Source: Xylographa opegraphella (lineage: Eukaryota). From it: 64,000 nucleotides of DNA. The stretch spans positions 434,001 to 498,000 of the forward strand of contig JALDZX010000010.1 of the NCBI GenBank assembly GCA_022813865.1, given 5' to 3'. Below, in pieces: positions 42,576 to 55,801 of the stretch. Positions within the stretch are counted from its first letter, which is position 1. Every line of letters begins with the position of its first letter. Under the pieces are notes generated by a model. It saw only the letters and a program-made list of their open reading frames with translations, did not search any database and was not told where the DNA came from. Made by a program: the position numbers and the translations under genes.

Positions 42576-43426
42576 CTAAGTGAACTTACATGCCGTCCCT
42601 CCATTCCCATACCCATTCCACCCCAACAGTCGATTCGCTACATCGCTCACATAGCTCGCAGTCGCACCCACTGGGTCACTGAGATTTTCGAAATCGACAC
42701 TACCGGAGTTGTAAGCGCGAAGGACATTCCATACGTTGCCGCCGGTCTTAGCGTCAATGTTGTTGAAGAGCTGCACAAGCCCTGAGCCAGTAGATGTGCC
42801 TTGGGTACCATCCACAACCATCTGCGTAATGGAGGCTTGCATATTTTTGGGATCGTAGGCGCGGTCGACCGGATTGAAGGATTGCATGAGGCCGCAGTTT
42901 TCGATGCCATTATTCGTGCAGCCGACATGGACGTTGCCGGTAGACTGAGAGGAGGGGATTAGTCATGATGCGCGAGCGGACAAGTCGCAGAGTATACCTC
43001 TTGAATGATCACCGCAAGAATGAGTCTGGCGTCGACTTTGGCTTGGCGCGAGGTGGTAATGATAGCCTTGTAGATTGCTCGTTGTTCGGGACCAGTGTCG
43101 CCAGCCAATACAAGCGAGTATTGTTGGTTGCGTTTGAACGCGGCGAGGAAGTTCATCCAGGTAGATATTGGCGGAAAATTAGCAGCAGGGCCAGAGTAGC
43201 ATTCGTAGGTATCTGGGGGGTCGTAGCCAGCTGTTCCGTTGTTGAGACTCGGGTTGTAGAAGCTGAGAGCCGTAGGATTCCTGACAACAGTCCCTGGGCC
43301 ACTCTGTGTGGTATTGAGATGAGGAAAACCATGCCTCAAAGTGGTCCGGCGTTGCAGCGCGCCAGCAGAGTCGGTTGGGAGTGCGGCTGCAAAGCCTATA
43401 AGAGCCACGACAAGAAACTGTATCAT
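42576..43426 (-). CDS. Secreted lysozyme-like / SLT transglycosylase-fold protein (2 exons)
   Basis: Signal peptide MIQFLVVALIGFAAA, then VDARLILAVIIQE|STGNV (catalytic Glu-Ser), NCGLMQ, and LRAYNSG...YVSDVANRLLGW. Intron at about 42946-42997. Confidence 0.8.
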
Positions 43427-45282
43427 TCAATCAGCCTCGTAGTTGGCAGCCCAAGCTATAATCATACCGGAATTGTGAGCATCATGTATGCAGGAACGAA
43501 TCGACACCCAGGAGTATTATTGGGTAGACTATTGTAGTAGACTTAAGAGGAATAATCAATTCTGCTCGACTCTTACAGTCTGAAAGAATGAAGACCAAAG
43601 GAATGCTAAAAGAGTAAAAACTTCAACGAGTGAAAATCACATACAAACAGCAGAGAATTCCAATCTACCAAAGGGTAGAAACGGACGAAGACTCGGATGT
43701 AAAGATTTTCTCGAGGGCAACCCTGCCAGCACACATACACCATCACCATTTCGTGACAGACCGACATGCTCAGGAGAGCCATGGATTCATGAGCAATGCC
43801 CAGAACATGCTAGTTGGCGTTGCCACCGTAGGATACTAAGCAATGGGGATGCGAATTGACCTTACCAAGGGAGTTCCATAGTGTTGAGGACGATTATGAC
43901 CGATTATCACCATTACGCCGGAGAATTCCTTGGTCGTGAGCACGTTTGCACCATCAGAATCGGACCAGGAAACATATTTCAGTACGCGTCAGGCACTTGG
44001 AGTATCGAAATAGACTAAGGGTAAGGCTTGGAAATCGTGGAGACTTGACTTTTGGCGCTTCTGAAAAGGGTAAGTCCGTAGTAGAGATTTTCACCACTGG
44101 CACACGAATATTTTACTCCTGCTATGAATGCCAAGGTCTCCGCTATCCTGTGTTTGAACTTGGGCCTCTTCATAGCTAGAATAGCAAAATACGTACCAGA
44201 TACAGCCGCTGTTGCCATATTCGCTCACGTCCGAGGTATCTTTGGGCCTATGGCGAAGTGCCTCTACCGGGTTCGTGTTGCAATAGGATATGGTAAGGTT
44301 CATGTTGCGGGCCGGACCGTGATTCGTGGTTGAAAGTTGTACACGCATTGATGTATGACTAAGTTTACATAGATGGCAACATCAGGGGTATTTGAAGAGC
44401 CACGTCTTGGTCCGGCTCCACATCGCGAAGGCCAGAACAAATATATGACGAACATGAACATGATTCGCATTTCGTGACAGGAAGCCAATGGCACAAAAGA
44501 CGAAAGATTGGACAGAAAAGCTTGTTTGAGCACGAGCATAAAGTTCAATTCATGCACAACTCGGCGAGGACAGTCAACGATAGTCAGAAGGTTACTACCT
44601 CCGTAAGTCTACGACGCTACCATACTGTAAGGATGGAGCGGACGATGCACTGTGCTTTTTGGGCATAGCAAAAAACTATGGCGGCCCACCACAGGGTAGA
44701 TTAGTACTGTTATATTGCAACACTTCTCTGAGCACTTGATGCTGCCATTTTGGGTGTGGCAAATCCTATATCCGTTGGTGTTCATGCTTGGTTTGTGGGT
44801 GGCTTTCTTTTGCATAATTTTGTTTTATCGCCGTAGTTGGGGATTGACTCCTTCCCGACGAAATCAATGCTGACCGAGAACATTGGCTGGTCGGACCCAC
44901 CATAGCTTCTACAAAGGGTGATCTAAGGCACATGGACCCACGTCGCGAAGCTGCACAAAAGTGTGGAGAAGGCGGTTCGCTTAATTCTCCGAATGACCAC
45001 ACTAGCAGTAGTCTGGACCAATTACTCTGTAGGTCAATACCAGAAACTTGGGTTGATCAATGACAGTCACTATCATGGGTGTCGAAGAGATCAACAACAG
45101 GAAAGGATGCCAGACTGCGACCAATGATGGTATCCACGAGCGAAAGAATACAATGTGATGATCCATCGCTGTGTGCCGAACACAATCATGCGATAAGCAA
45201 TAGGGCGGCCATCATACCAGCTCTTCATCATAGCGACTGATTTCCTACCCACCCCATCCATCCATCCATCCATCCATCGAAT

Positions 45283-46557
45283 TCAATCCACGCACTGGTT
45301 CTTAGCATAAACATGCCACCCGCTTTCCTCTCCAAACCACCGCTGAGCAAGCCGACCTCCACTCTCGGTCGGTTGGCTAAAAGCGACCATTTCCTTCGGA
45401 ACCTCGATCCCATAGAAAAAGTTCCCTCTCGCGCAGTCCAACAACGCCGAAGCGATGCCCTTCCTCCGATGCGACTTCGAGGTCCATATACGAGAAATGC
45501 CAAGCAAGGCGGCGTCTCGCGCTGTCTCTGTGGAGATCGAAGAGCTTTTCACACCCACACTTGCACTGTGCTCGGATGCGTCGTGCTCCTCTGATGCTAT
45601 TACCTTCGAAGCGTTGTGGATCCGCTCAGCGAGACACAGACCGATGCATTTGTCGCCTGCCAGGTACAGGAAGACCTTGAACCTCTCCTCCTTCTCCTCT
45701 TCTTCCCTCCCAGCTCTCAACCCTCGTCTCTTCTCCGTTCTCCTCTTCTTATTGTCCCTTGTGGCAACGGCCATTTTCTCCCACAGTATCCCCTCCTCCA
45801 CATCCACAGCCCCCAACTCCTTATTCACAATACCCAATACCTTCTTTACCTTATTCCTCAGCCCCAGCGCACTCTTGGCTTCCACAATCGCCACTATCTC
45901 TCCTTCTCCCGCCCTCCCCACCACAGTCACGTCTCTCGCGAACCCTTTCCCCATGTCCACGCCTCCAATATTTATGGAATGGAACTCCTTGTGCAACGCT
46001 GCGTCCTCCGCATTCGAGGGTATGTAATCCATTCCGCATTCTTTGCAGGCGCGGCGGATCTCGCCCCCAAGATCAATCTGCATCTGTGTCAAGCGGACCT
46101 TTTTCGCCGGCGGCGGCCCTTTTCGCGCGTTGGTGCTGCTGGGAGGAAGTTCGGTAAGAGCGTCTGGCGGCGACGCCTTCTTCGAAACAGCTGATCGCTT
46201 CCGCTTGTGGGACAAGAAAGCTAGCTTGATTGTGTCTTCCCGCGGAGAAGTCACGCGAGGGGGCGGTGAAGACGGAGGTGTCGCGGTAGACTGTCGAGGA
46301 GGGTCGGAGGAAAGACCGTCGTTCCCCTCAGATGCAGCGGAGGAAGACGTGGCATCGCGCTCAGCGGGCGGACTGGCATCGCGGACGGACGCGGAGATCT
46401 CATGCACGAAGCCACTGTCATCCATACGGATCGTCCTGCGGTGGCTCTCGCTGTCTTGATAGTCGAGGGTGCGTCTCGGTTGGCGGGCATAGGTCTTGAG
46501 AATCCCTCTATAGATGAATTTATCAGCCATGCATGAAAAGAAACAGGGATGGAACAT
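45283..46557 (-). CDS. ECO1: Sister-chromatid cohesion N-acetyltransferase Eco1
   Basis: PIP-like LTQMQIDLG, C2H2 finger CKECGMDY...DAALHKEFH, and acetyltransferase LGISRIWTSKSHRRKGIA...AFSQPTESG. Start approximate. Confidence 0.9.
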   Translation of the reverse strand: MFHPCFFSCMADKFIYRGILKTYARQPRRTLDYQDSESHRRTIRMDDSGFVHEISASVRDASPPAERDATSSSAASEGNDGLSSDPPRQSTATPPSSPPPRVTSPREDTIKLAFLSHKRKRSAVSKKASPPDALTELPPSSTNARKGPPPAKKVRLTQMQIDLGGEIRRACKECGMDYIPSNAEDAALHKEFHSINIGGVDMGKGFARDVTVVGRAGEGEIVAIVEAKSALGLRNKVKKVLGIVNKELGAVDVEEGILWEKMAVATRDNKKRRTEKRRGLRAGREEEEKEERFKVFLYLAGDKCIGLCLAERIHNASKVIASEEHDASEHSASVGVKSSSISTETARDAALLGISRIWTSKSHRRKGIASALLDCARGNFFYGIEVPKEMVAFSQPTESGGRLAQRWFGEESGWHVYAKNQCVD

Positions 46558-46673
46558 TGTAGCCGTACCGCTTGAATGAATTGGAGACTCCGTAAGGCAT
46601 TTTCGTGGTATTGTTTCTCGGAAGAATTCTCGGAGGGATCTCGAAAGGCATCGAACCGCTTGCGTGGCTGGGG

Positions 46674-46689
46674 ACGCGTTGAAACGCGT
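46674..46689. promoter_or_regulatory. Tandem MCB boxes (ACGCGT x2) in the ECO1 promoter
   Basis: ACGCGT at 46674-46679 and 46684-46689, ~120 bp upstream of the inferred start of a G1/S-expressed gene. Confidence 0.7.
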
Positions 46690-47273
46690 GCCAAACCACC
46701 AAAATCGCGCACGGGCCGCATTTGGAACCGCGAACAACTTATGTACTGTGTGGTACACAATAGTACAGGGACCAAGATTTAGTTTACCTTTAGGTCGGCT
46801 TTTCGAATCATTGATGAGATTCATGCATACTCTGCTAGTGTATTCCTGATGTGTCGTACGTGGTTTGTAACATGTACTGAGGTGGTCTTCGACTTTTGCT
46901 GCTGGCCCAGCATTCACATACGAAAACTCGGCTTGATCATTACGTGTAGACCAATATAAACACACTGTGCATTTCATGCCAGGTGCCTTTCGAGTTGGGA
47001 AGTCGGAACATAGAAGCCCTAGCGACGATATTTATATACAAAATGCCCACCCTCCTCCCCCCTTCCTCCGTCTCACGTTATTCGCGAGCGATCCTTCACG
47101 CTTGCACAAGAGACGAAACACTGAAAGCATTCAGTCCGCCATGAAAGAAACGCAACCCAAAAATGCTGCAGATTTATACGCTATAGAGGATGCGATATGT
47201 ACACTATCCTGATTCACGACCGGGTATCACAGAAAAATCAAAGGGACACAGAAGCCGACAGTAGAAAATGCCA

Positions 47274-50091
47274 CTATCGTGGAAGTGGCGGCAAAGGAAG
47301 TGGAGAGCCTGCGAGCGATACGGGGTAAGGCAGCAAGGCCGGCGGTAGGGACGGTAGCTGCTTGTCCAGCGATGCTCGACTCGGCATCGGATGGTCTTTC
47401 GGCGGAGTCGGTGGTGGTCTCCCACCAATATGTGGCGAGCCGTTGCCGTTGAGCGGATTTGGATATCGGTGGGGAGCCTCGTCCCTCTCTTGGCTCCTCC
47501 CACTGCGCCCTCCTGTACTGCCGCCCTCGCCCACTTCTTCTACAACGGGCAAGGTGGCACCTGCTGAACCACTCGTCATTTCAGCTGGACTCTGAACTAC
47601 AACTAGGGTTCTGTCTGGTGGCTTATCACCTGATGAACCGTTACTTTCCGGGTGTCGGGCTTCATGTTCTGCTTTGTCTATAACCTTGTGGGTAGAGGAT
47701 CGGACGAGGCGGCTACCGCCTTGAGTGGTGTCCTGACTTTGTTTCTCGGCCTCTTCCCGCGGCATGGTGATTCCTGTGATAAATCTAACGAAGCGATCTC
47801 CATACGGTTCGGGCGCTATTGGGGAAATTTGGGTTTTGTCGTTTGACATGCCCTTCCAGAAGTGCTCGGCTTTCTTTACGAGTCCATACTGCACTTGTAT
47901 AAGCCTTTTCCAGATTGTACCAAATGAGCTCACTTACATGGGTGAGACAATCGATGATCCCCAGGTAATAGATCTCCTCACCTGGTTGACCATCGATATG
48001 ACTTGCCCTAAATCCACCATCATCGCTGTAGAATAAGAAGTTGCTTCTTGTTTCTACAATCTCCTCCGGCATCTGAAACGTGCTCTTTTCCATTGGGACA
48101 GGTTTTTCCTTTTTGATCAGTTGCCGAAGCTCCCTCGCTTTTCGCGCGTTTTCGAGTTTCGATGGGGTTCTGGATAGGAGATTTGGCTGTGGTTCCTCGT
48201 TGCGCTCACCTCCAGGCTGGAATACTTGTAAGGTTTTGTCCCTCAGCTTCTCCTCGTTGCCCTTGCCCAAATCATGTATTCCAACCAGGAGTGAATAGTC
48301 CATGATTTTAAGCTTTTGCAATAGAGCCACATCTTTTTGCATCTGCTCAATAAAAATGCGTTTCTTCTCGGCTCCAAATTCAAGGTGGTAGTTGCGCCGA
48401 AGCCAATTCAAGTCTTTCAGCGTAGCTCTTGGGTTTTTAGTCAGATCTTCTTCCTTAAAGTCCCGTCCGATTGTCGAGCCTTTGAGGTCGAATGTTTGAT
48501 GGATATCTCGATGTGGCGGAAATAGATTGTTCATGACCACAAAATGAATCTTCCGCCCATATGGTACTTTAACACGGTGTAGGCCATAGAACTGGGAGAT
48601 GAGAGTATTCGGATTGTGTTGGACATGTGCATAGTACTCGCGAAGGATTTTCCTAAGCAATTTGTGCTCAGCGTGGTGTATAGTCTTGATGATATATTTG
48701 TAGTCTCGAGAGAAGTAGAAGAAGCTGCCACTTTTCCCAGGAGAGCCTAATTCAGAGAGGATATATTTACTTGTTAAAGATATTAGGTAATCGGCAGGAT
48801 CAAGCTTGAACTTCGCGCGTAGATGCCGAAAAACCCATGGTGCGTAGTCCTTGAATTTGAAATCGTATCGTGCAGATGGAGTTAGCTCATTCCCAGTAAT
48901 GTCAAAAGAGAACTTGTGTCTGGCATCGAAATCCTGATCAGACAACTCTCTGTCGAGCTTGGCATTCGTCCTTGAAACAGTGAATCTGATTCCCGTGAGC
49001 ATATTGTAGGCGGTTATCCAGTTGGCATGATTCGGATCGACTTTGGTTCCGACTAGGACTCTGTCATCCTCTTCGTCCTCCTTCCGTTTTCTTCTGGAAG
49101 CTCGCTTCTGACGAACTGTCTCAGTCCACCGGGCCACTTCACCATCTTGCGGTATCTCGTCTAGATTCAGGTCTGAGTGCATAGATCGAGTAGTCCGTCG
49201 TGCTATGCTCAATGATCCACGCCTCGCAGAAGCGGTGGTTGGGGATATACTACTTGAAAACCCTTCATCTGCGGCATCTCCGTTAGAAAATGAGAAGTCC
49301 CGCGATCCACGAATTGTAGAGGTCCTTGGCACTTGTAAAGTGTGACGATGTTGTAGACGAGGTATGGCTGGATGTTGTAAGGTAGAGGTAGAACTGGCTG
49401 GAGCCGGACTCGATGTTGGATAAACGGGAGGAAACGAAGACCGAACTGTATGTGGAGTTGCCTCGCTTCTTGTTGCTTCAAGATGAGCCAATTGGGAATT
49501 TAGTGGCCCATGAGGATTGCTAGCGGAGATTGCCCGACGATGGCGAACTTGTGAAGGAGAAGAGGGCGGAGAGGTAGTGTGGATAGCTTTCTCGGTGTTT
49601 GAATAAGTGGCACTTGCGAGGGGCCTACCACTCGCTGGAGGATTCGGAAACCCATCAATGGCCAATGATTCCTCCATCTTATCTCCCGGACTGTGTTTAG
49701 ACGAAGCTAAGCCCTGACCAGACGGTGTTATCCCATTTGCATCATTGTTCAAGCCTGTGCTGGGTGGTATAGAATTGTTGCTCAGATCCGTTGAATTACG
49801 AGAATCATGACCGTGAAGACTGGCGCTGGAACGGTTCCCATTGGGCAGGGAATGTAGACTGGTGTTCAATAGATATGATCCGCCTGCGATGATACCGTTC
49901 ATCTGTTTTGTATTTTGCATAGCGCCAATGGCAGCGCCATTTGGTAAGCCACCCGATCCAGTACCTGCGCTACTTCCGGAAAGTAAGGAAGATTTCTCGT
50001 TCGACCGTCGGTGCGGTGGATCACACGGCGAGGACTCGCCGGCCTCCAGGTTTACAGGTTCACTGAACAAGTCGTCAAGGAAGGAGGGCAT
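47274..50091 (-). CDS. MSS4: Phosphatidylinositol-4-phosphate 5-kinase
   Basis: FKFKDYAPWVF, SPGKSGSFFYFSRD, FDLKGST, KIMDYSLLVG, YYLGIIDCLTH|YGLVKKAEHFWKG. One intron at about 47892-47935. Confidence 0.95.
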
Positions 50092-51554
50092 GTCACGGAG
50101 AATGTGTAGACACGCCCAAAGTCGCACAAGGCGACCGGTGTGACAGGAAAGTTGTCGTAAATGGACGGCATCACATAGCAAATTAAGGCCTTGTTGTAGG
50201 TTGACTCTCCGCGTGCTTGATGTCTGAATGAAGATTCGTTCCACGCTCCTCAATCGCGCCAGCTGAGCTGATATTGAATTTCGTTTAGTCTCCGAGACTC
50301 GAATGGAACAAACAAGACACTTGATGATGGCGGTCGTGAGGGGAACGGATATGTTATGAGTACCTGATTGCCCTGTAACAAACCACCTCTGTACTGGAAT
50401 CAAGGTTCCACTTGCTCCCGGTCGGCTTCGTCGTTGTTCCGATGCGCCCCTGCGCCGTGCACAAGCATAATGTAGGGCTGGGCGCCATGCCGAGAGCGGT
50501 CCGAGGCAATTCTACTCACATCGACGACTTCCACCATCACACCTTGGTCCTCAAATGATTGGGTTCCGCGTGCACTGACCTAACACTGATTCGGTACTCA
50601 GACTACTGTAATAGACGGCCGTCTCAGCGTTCTGGGGGAATCCTTCTAATACATCAAACATATCGGTCTCTGCTTTCTCAGCCGGAGTACAGGGCGAATA
50701 ACCCTAAACTCCGAACTTAGTATCACTAATGGAGACCTATTCAATTTGAGGATTAGGAGCATAACCGCTACCATTGGGCACATAAAGCTCCTTGAGAAAG
50801 TGAGTGATATGTCTCCACGCTCCGATGATTCAACCTTGCCACCATCCTACACAATATGGTATCAAGGTGAGCAAGATATATGTGATACACCTTGGCTCTT
50901 ACGATTCGGTAAGAGCAAAACGGACATCAGTTTTGCTCTTCTCATGGACCGAAACCGTAAACACATTTTCTTTCCCACCAGGTTCATTGTCTTGCAACTT
51001 TATTTCTCACTATATATAGATGTATACAAATTATTCGCCAGATCTGACTGGCACTAGTGTACCAAATTGAAAATGTATGGCCACTATCGGCTCTTCTCTA
51101 CTGTGTTAGTAGTCTTTTGATTGGTTCTACCCCGAGACAGCGTCTCCACTCGGGTTTGCTCCAAACACGGTAATTGCTAAACTATTAGTAACAAGCAGGA
51201 ACGTATAACAACTGCTGACCAAGCTAATGCTAAGAAAAGTACGGCCTGTAGGAGAGCTTCTACATTTCAACCTCAGACGTCTTTGTTGTTATTATTGGAT
51301 GGTAAAAAAAGCAACTTCTGCTCCCTACCGACGTAATAGTGATCTTTGAACACCAGGGTTTAGGACGTCATATTATCACTTCTTGACGGACGATCCTCTG
51401 ACTTTAATGTATTGTGGCCACACTGCCTCCAACAAATCTGAATGAAGACCGAATTAAGACGATTGAATTGTTTCAAGCTCTACGGACGCCGCATGTCTTG
51501 TCAAGCTCAACAGTTCAAAGTCAGACTGTATGCTCCGCAGCTACATGCTCACTA

Positions 51555-51910
51555 CATACTTGGTGCACTGGCACCTTTCATGAGCTTACCCAAGCTCTGC
51601 TCAATGACATCAAACTCCTTACCAACAACTTCAACCTTGACGGGCAGCTTGTACATCCCGCTCTAAAGCAAACTTGTAAGTCCTAGCATCTCAGACATTC
51701 CACTCTTCGTGCCAGATATCTGTTGTCCAGCAATGGCAGTCGGCCTGCTTCCCTTCGGTATCTCAACATTCTCTCCGTTGGAAACCTGTGGGTAGGTCTT
51801 CGGCCCAGTAGAATTGAACGCAGTAAAGTTAGTTGGCTGGCTCGCGGCAGCCGCGACAGCGTCCAATAACGCGGCGTCGACGCCACCTGGAGTTGCTGCC
51901 TTGATGGCTG
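51555..51910 (-). pseudogene. Fragment of a medium-chain (zinc-binding/enoyl reductase-like) dehydrogenase
   Basis: AIKAATPGGVDAALLDAVAA...GPKTY...LTSLL, in-frame TAG at 51663-51665, then SGMYKLPVKVEVVGKEFDVIEQSLGKLMKGAS, which resembles an MDR C-terminus. No N-terminal half seen. Confidence 0.5.
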
Positions 51911-52793
51911 ACGTGCCTTTGCGGCTCATGTGGGTTCTCATCTGATCTCTCCCGATGACGTTCGGGGATAGAGCCTGGATGCCAGAGCATATGAATGTGA
52001 TAGGCAATGCATCATCCTTCGATCCTCGTGCCTCGTACAGTGAGTAATTAAAGCGTAAATGCTTTCGTGGTCGAATGCATTTTGTGTATGAAGCTGCTTG
52101 CATTAGTGTTTCTGGTTCATGGTAAGGTAGACTACTTAAAGGCCGACAAAGGCTATTATTATCCAAAACCTAAGTGAATGATTTATATCTCTATCGCCTG
52201 GTATCCGCTATGTACCATTATTGTACTAATAAGAAGCTCCAAACGGTTCACGAATCGGACCTTCCGGCATGAGTTGTACCGATACACGCACCGCCCCCCA
52301 CGACCGCTGCATTTGATTGACGTCAACTTTCTTCACGCGGAGCTAGATTGGACCGCGAACGTAAACAAACAAGCGTAGAGGCGGTCACGGAACACCAGAT
52401 CTGAAATAATGGCTTTACTGGCTTCAACACAACGCGAACTCATACATACTACAATTCCAAGCTATGCTTCGATACCCGAAACGACTCTGAAATGTGCAGT
52501 CCCTCGAGGCTACAAGTTCACCTGTTTCAATTATTCATCCACCGCAGAAAGAAGTATCATAAATATGTAATTTCCTTATGTCATTGCGCCTTATACGTAC
52601 AGCAAAGCGCTCTTCGCAGCCGGCGCCAGATGTCAATAAACACAATCATTGCCGGCCCCTTCATCACTTCAGCCAAATGCCTAGGATATATCCGAAGCTT
52701 CATAGCCAAAATACAGAAACCGAGATCAGGACTCCATTTACATTCCATAACCACCCAAAGCCCCAAGTTACGAATCTATAGTACCGTGAAGTT

Positions 52794-54048
52794 CTATGCC
52801 TCCGCTGTGGTCTTCTTCTTGGGAGTCGCCGCTTTCTTCGGAGCCGCCTTTTTGGCCGCCTTCTTCGCTGGCGCAGCAGGCTTTGCTGTGGTCTTGGTTA
52901 CTCGACCCGACTTGGTTTTGCCGAGCACCTTCTCAACGGGGACGATAGCAGGAGCCTATAACTATAAGTATCCAGAAAGTACAAGATGATTGAGGTGCTT
53001 ACAGCCGTGGGAGCTTTGCGCTTTGTAGCGGTATTAGCTTTTGGCTTAACAGCAGCGGCCTTCTTTGGCGCAGCAGCTTTCTTGGCCGCTGGGGTAGCTT
53101 TGGCTTTAGTAGCAGTCTTCTTCGGTGCGCTGGCTTTCTTTTCAGTCTTTGGTGCTTTGGTGGTTGCAGATTTCTGTTAGCGCATGTCAGTACTGAACCG
53201 ATCATTTGTGGATAGCTCAAGAAGTATACCTTGGTGGTCGTTTTCTCGGATGGTGCTGCCGCAACAGGCGCTTCAGACTTGACACTGGCTTCCTTCTTGG
53301 CGAGCTTCACCGGGCCAGAGGGTCCTGTCGATACAAGTTAGTCAAGAGATCAAGACGACCTTTCACGGCTAAAGGGCTCTAGGATTGGTAACACTCTTCC
53401 CAGTAAACATGGGAAGTGCTGAGCCGTTCATGATAGGGGTTTGAGACAGGGCAGCTTACCCTTCGGCTGTTGGAAATCGCCCTTCTCAACCCCTGTGCGT
53501 AAGGCCTTATTGAATTGGTTGTCAAAGACTGCGGGTGTGGCAGCCGAGGTTTGCTTGTTGGCGAGAATGTACTTCTTCAGAGCCTGACGACTAAGGAGAA
53601 CAAGATTGTCAGCAGTGGCCAAATCAAGACTGCACCAAACAATTCCTGAAATGCGCCAGCAGTACAGCAAGAGCTTACCTGCTTCCATTCCGCTCTTTGA
53701 GCTATTCATAACGGAGACACGTTAGCAAAGCAACTCGGCGATCCGAATCCTGCGCTGCGCAAGCTTTCTGATCGGAGGTTGGGAGCGATTATAAAACAAC
53801 AACAACGACGAGCCGAATCATCAAACGTTGCGCGATTTGATGTAAACTTACTTCGAGGATTGCCTCTTTGATCATATCTGCAGAGAGACGTTAGCAAACA
53901 CGTGCGACCACGTTTGAATGTTGCGCCGATCGGTGCGACAGGAATGTGGAGAGATAGGCAGCACGAACGGACCTTTGTAGGACGCATGAGTCGGGGCCGC
54001 AGCAGCTTTCTTCTGCGACGCAGCAGCGGTGGCTTTCTTTGGAGGCAT
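52794..54048 (-). CDS. HHO1: Linker histone H1, multi-exon
   Basis: MPPKKA...HASYK|DMIKEAILE|LKERNGSS|RQALKKYILAN...FNKALRTGVEKGDFQQPK|GPSGPVKLAKK followed by a K/A/P-rich tail. Confidence 0.93.
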
Positions 54049-55171
54049 TCTGATTGATGTGTATAGAATAGAAGTTGAGTCGATGAACTTTCGAACGAGA
54101 TACTGGACGTCAGAGAAAGATGTAGTAGATGTGGAACGTCGATGGAAAGGAATGCGCGGACCTTGTGACGTTTGGAGGGGGAGGGGATTGTCCCGTATCT
54201 GTCTGGTATCCAAACACCAAAAGTGGTCTAGCCAGAATTTCAGTGGCTAAGCGAGCGCGGAGAGAAAATTAGGTGAGAGGGTGGAGAACATCCTTAGCGC
54301 GAGAATGAAGAGCATGCAATGCATCAGGAACGACATCAACATCTCCGGTCGATTTCATGCATTTTGTACTATAACCAGAACAGCCATCAGACTACTTTCC
54401 GAGAAAATCGGTATTTTGCAGGAATTTTTCCTCTTTCTCATACCGAAAACCATAGTGTATGCTCTGTATATACTGTACCTCATGTTGCCGCAATTGGTTC
54501 TGGACTGAAGTCGAAGCATTAACCATGAAATCTCACTAGAGTCCTGTCCTTGCTGATACCGGCGGTCCTTTGTTACTCCGACCACACCCTACTCGACGAG
54601 CCAATGGACCTATCCAAAAGACCCGTTCTCTTGCTTGGTCGTCCAGTGATTTCTTATCCGTCCAACTAATTCTTGCTATGCTTGCGGCTCGGCTGAATGA
54701 CGATTGGAACCGTCCAGAAAATAAATATCACTGCGTTCATGGATCTTCGTCTCAACAGATATTGACGCCCTCGTGTACATCCAACTTTTATAGATTGTCT
54801 TCTATATCCAATGACGTGAGGTACTTCAGGATTGATTCGTTGAAATCATCTTCAACCTCCTATCGACAGAACTGTACTTCATACACCATTTTCCATAATT
54901 ACTACATAGAGCCGCTCGGCTAGACTGATGCTGCGCCTGCTAATTGCGTTACCTGATTGGCCACAGCACACCGTCCTTCGAAACGAAGCTAAAACAGCCC
55001 AGCCTCACGGCGGCCCATGACCGAACGACTGATTGGACCACACGTTTCAATTTCGATGTTTCGTTGCTCCGTTGTGATTTTTGAGGCTGGTTCGGAGGGG
55101 CTGGCTCCTGTGGTGAATGAGCAGACAGTTAACTTGTACCGCGCGATGACTATTTTTTGCGCTTCTGACTA

Positions 55172-55212
55172 AGGTCCGTCCCTGGGTGGCGAGAAACCCG
55201 GCGTGGCGAGAA
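55172..55212 (+). repeat. Left TIR of the pogo-like element
   Basis: Matches the reverse complement of 63178-63217, preceded by TA, with an internal GGCGAGAAA direct repeat. Confidence 0.8.
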
Positions 55213-55801
55213 AATCAATAGGTACATTGACTTTAAGCAATTCAGACTCTGTGCACATATTGATATTTCCCACAGTTCTATATAAGTCCTATACTATGGC
55301 CACTTCTAAACACTTAGAACAGATTTAACCAAAAAATTACGATCACATCGCCGCCATCGTGCCTAGTTTGCGGAGAGCCTCTTTCCTTAGCGTAACACAA
55401 TTCCTTCGCCACAGCACCACTGTCGAGCTCTTATCACTCCTGGTACCCCTAAAAGAGCCTCATCCGAGCCTCAGAATCTTACCACTATACTGGGAAGTTG
55501 TCATCAGCCTTGTGGCTGCTATCGCACGCAAGTTCATGCGAAGTCGCCACGTCGATCGATACCTCCAACCGAAGCGATCACTCACAGCGGTTAGCGCGAA
55601 ATGGTTCCATACATCCGAAATACTAATTACGGTGTATTTTATTTATACGAGTAACGTAAGCCCAGCACTGGAGCCCATAACCATCAGGCCTGTGGCTGCG
55701 CGGAGTCCCGTTCTGCTGACGCTCGGAATATATAAAAATCCGACTCCGAAACAGTAGAGCCGCTAGCGTATGCGGCTTTACCCTTGGACTATTGTTGCAA
55801 C

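Noticed and set aside
45255..45277. (CATC)n and other microsatellites (GA runs near 30460)
   Set aside because: Ordinary simple repeats.
46558..46977. 5' extension of the 564-aa ECO1 ORF
   Set aside because: It covers the MCB-containing promoter region and is probably non-coding.
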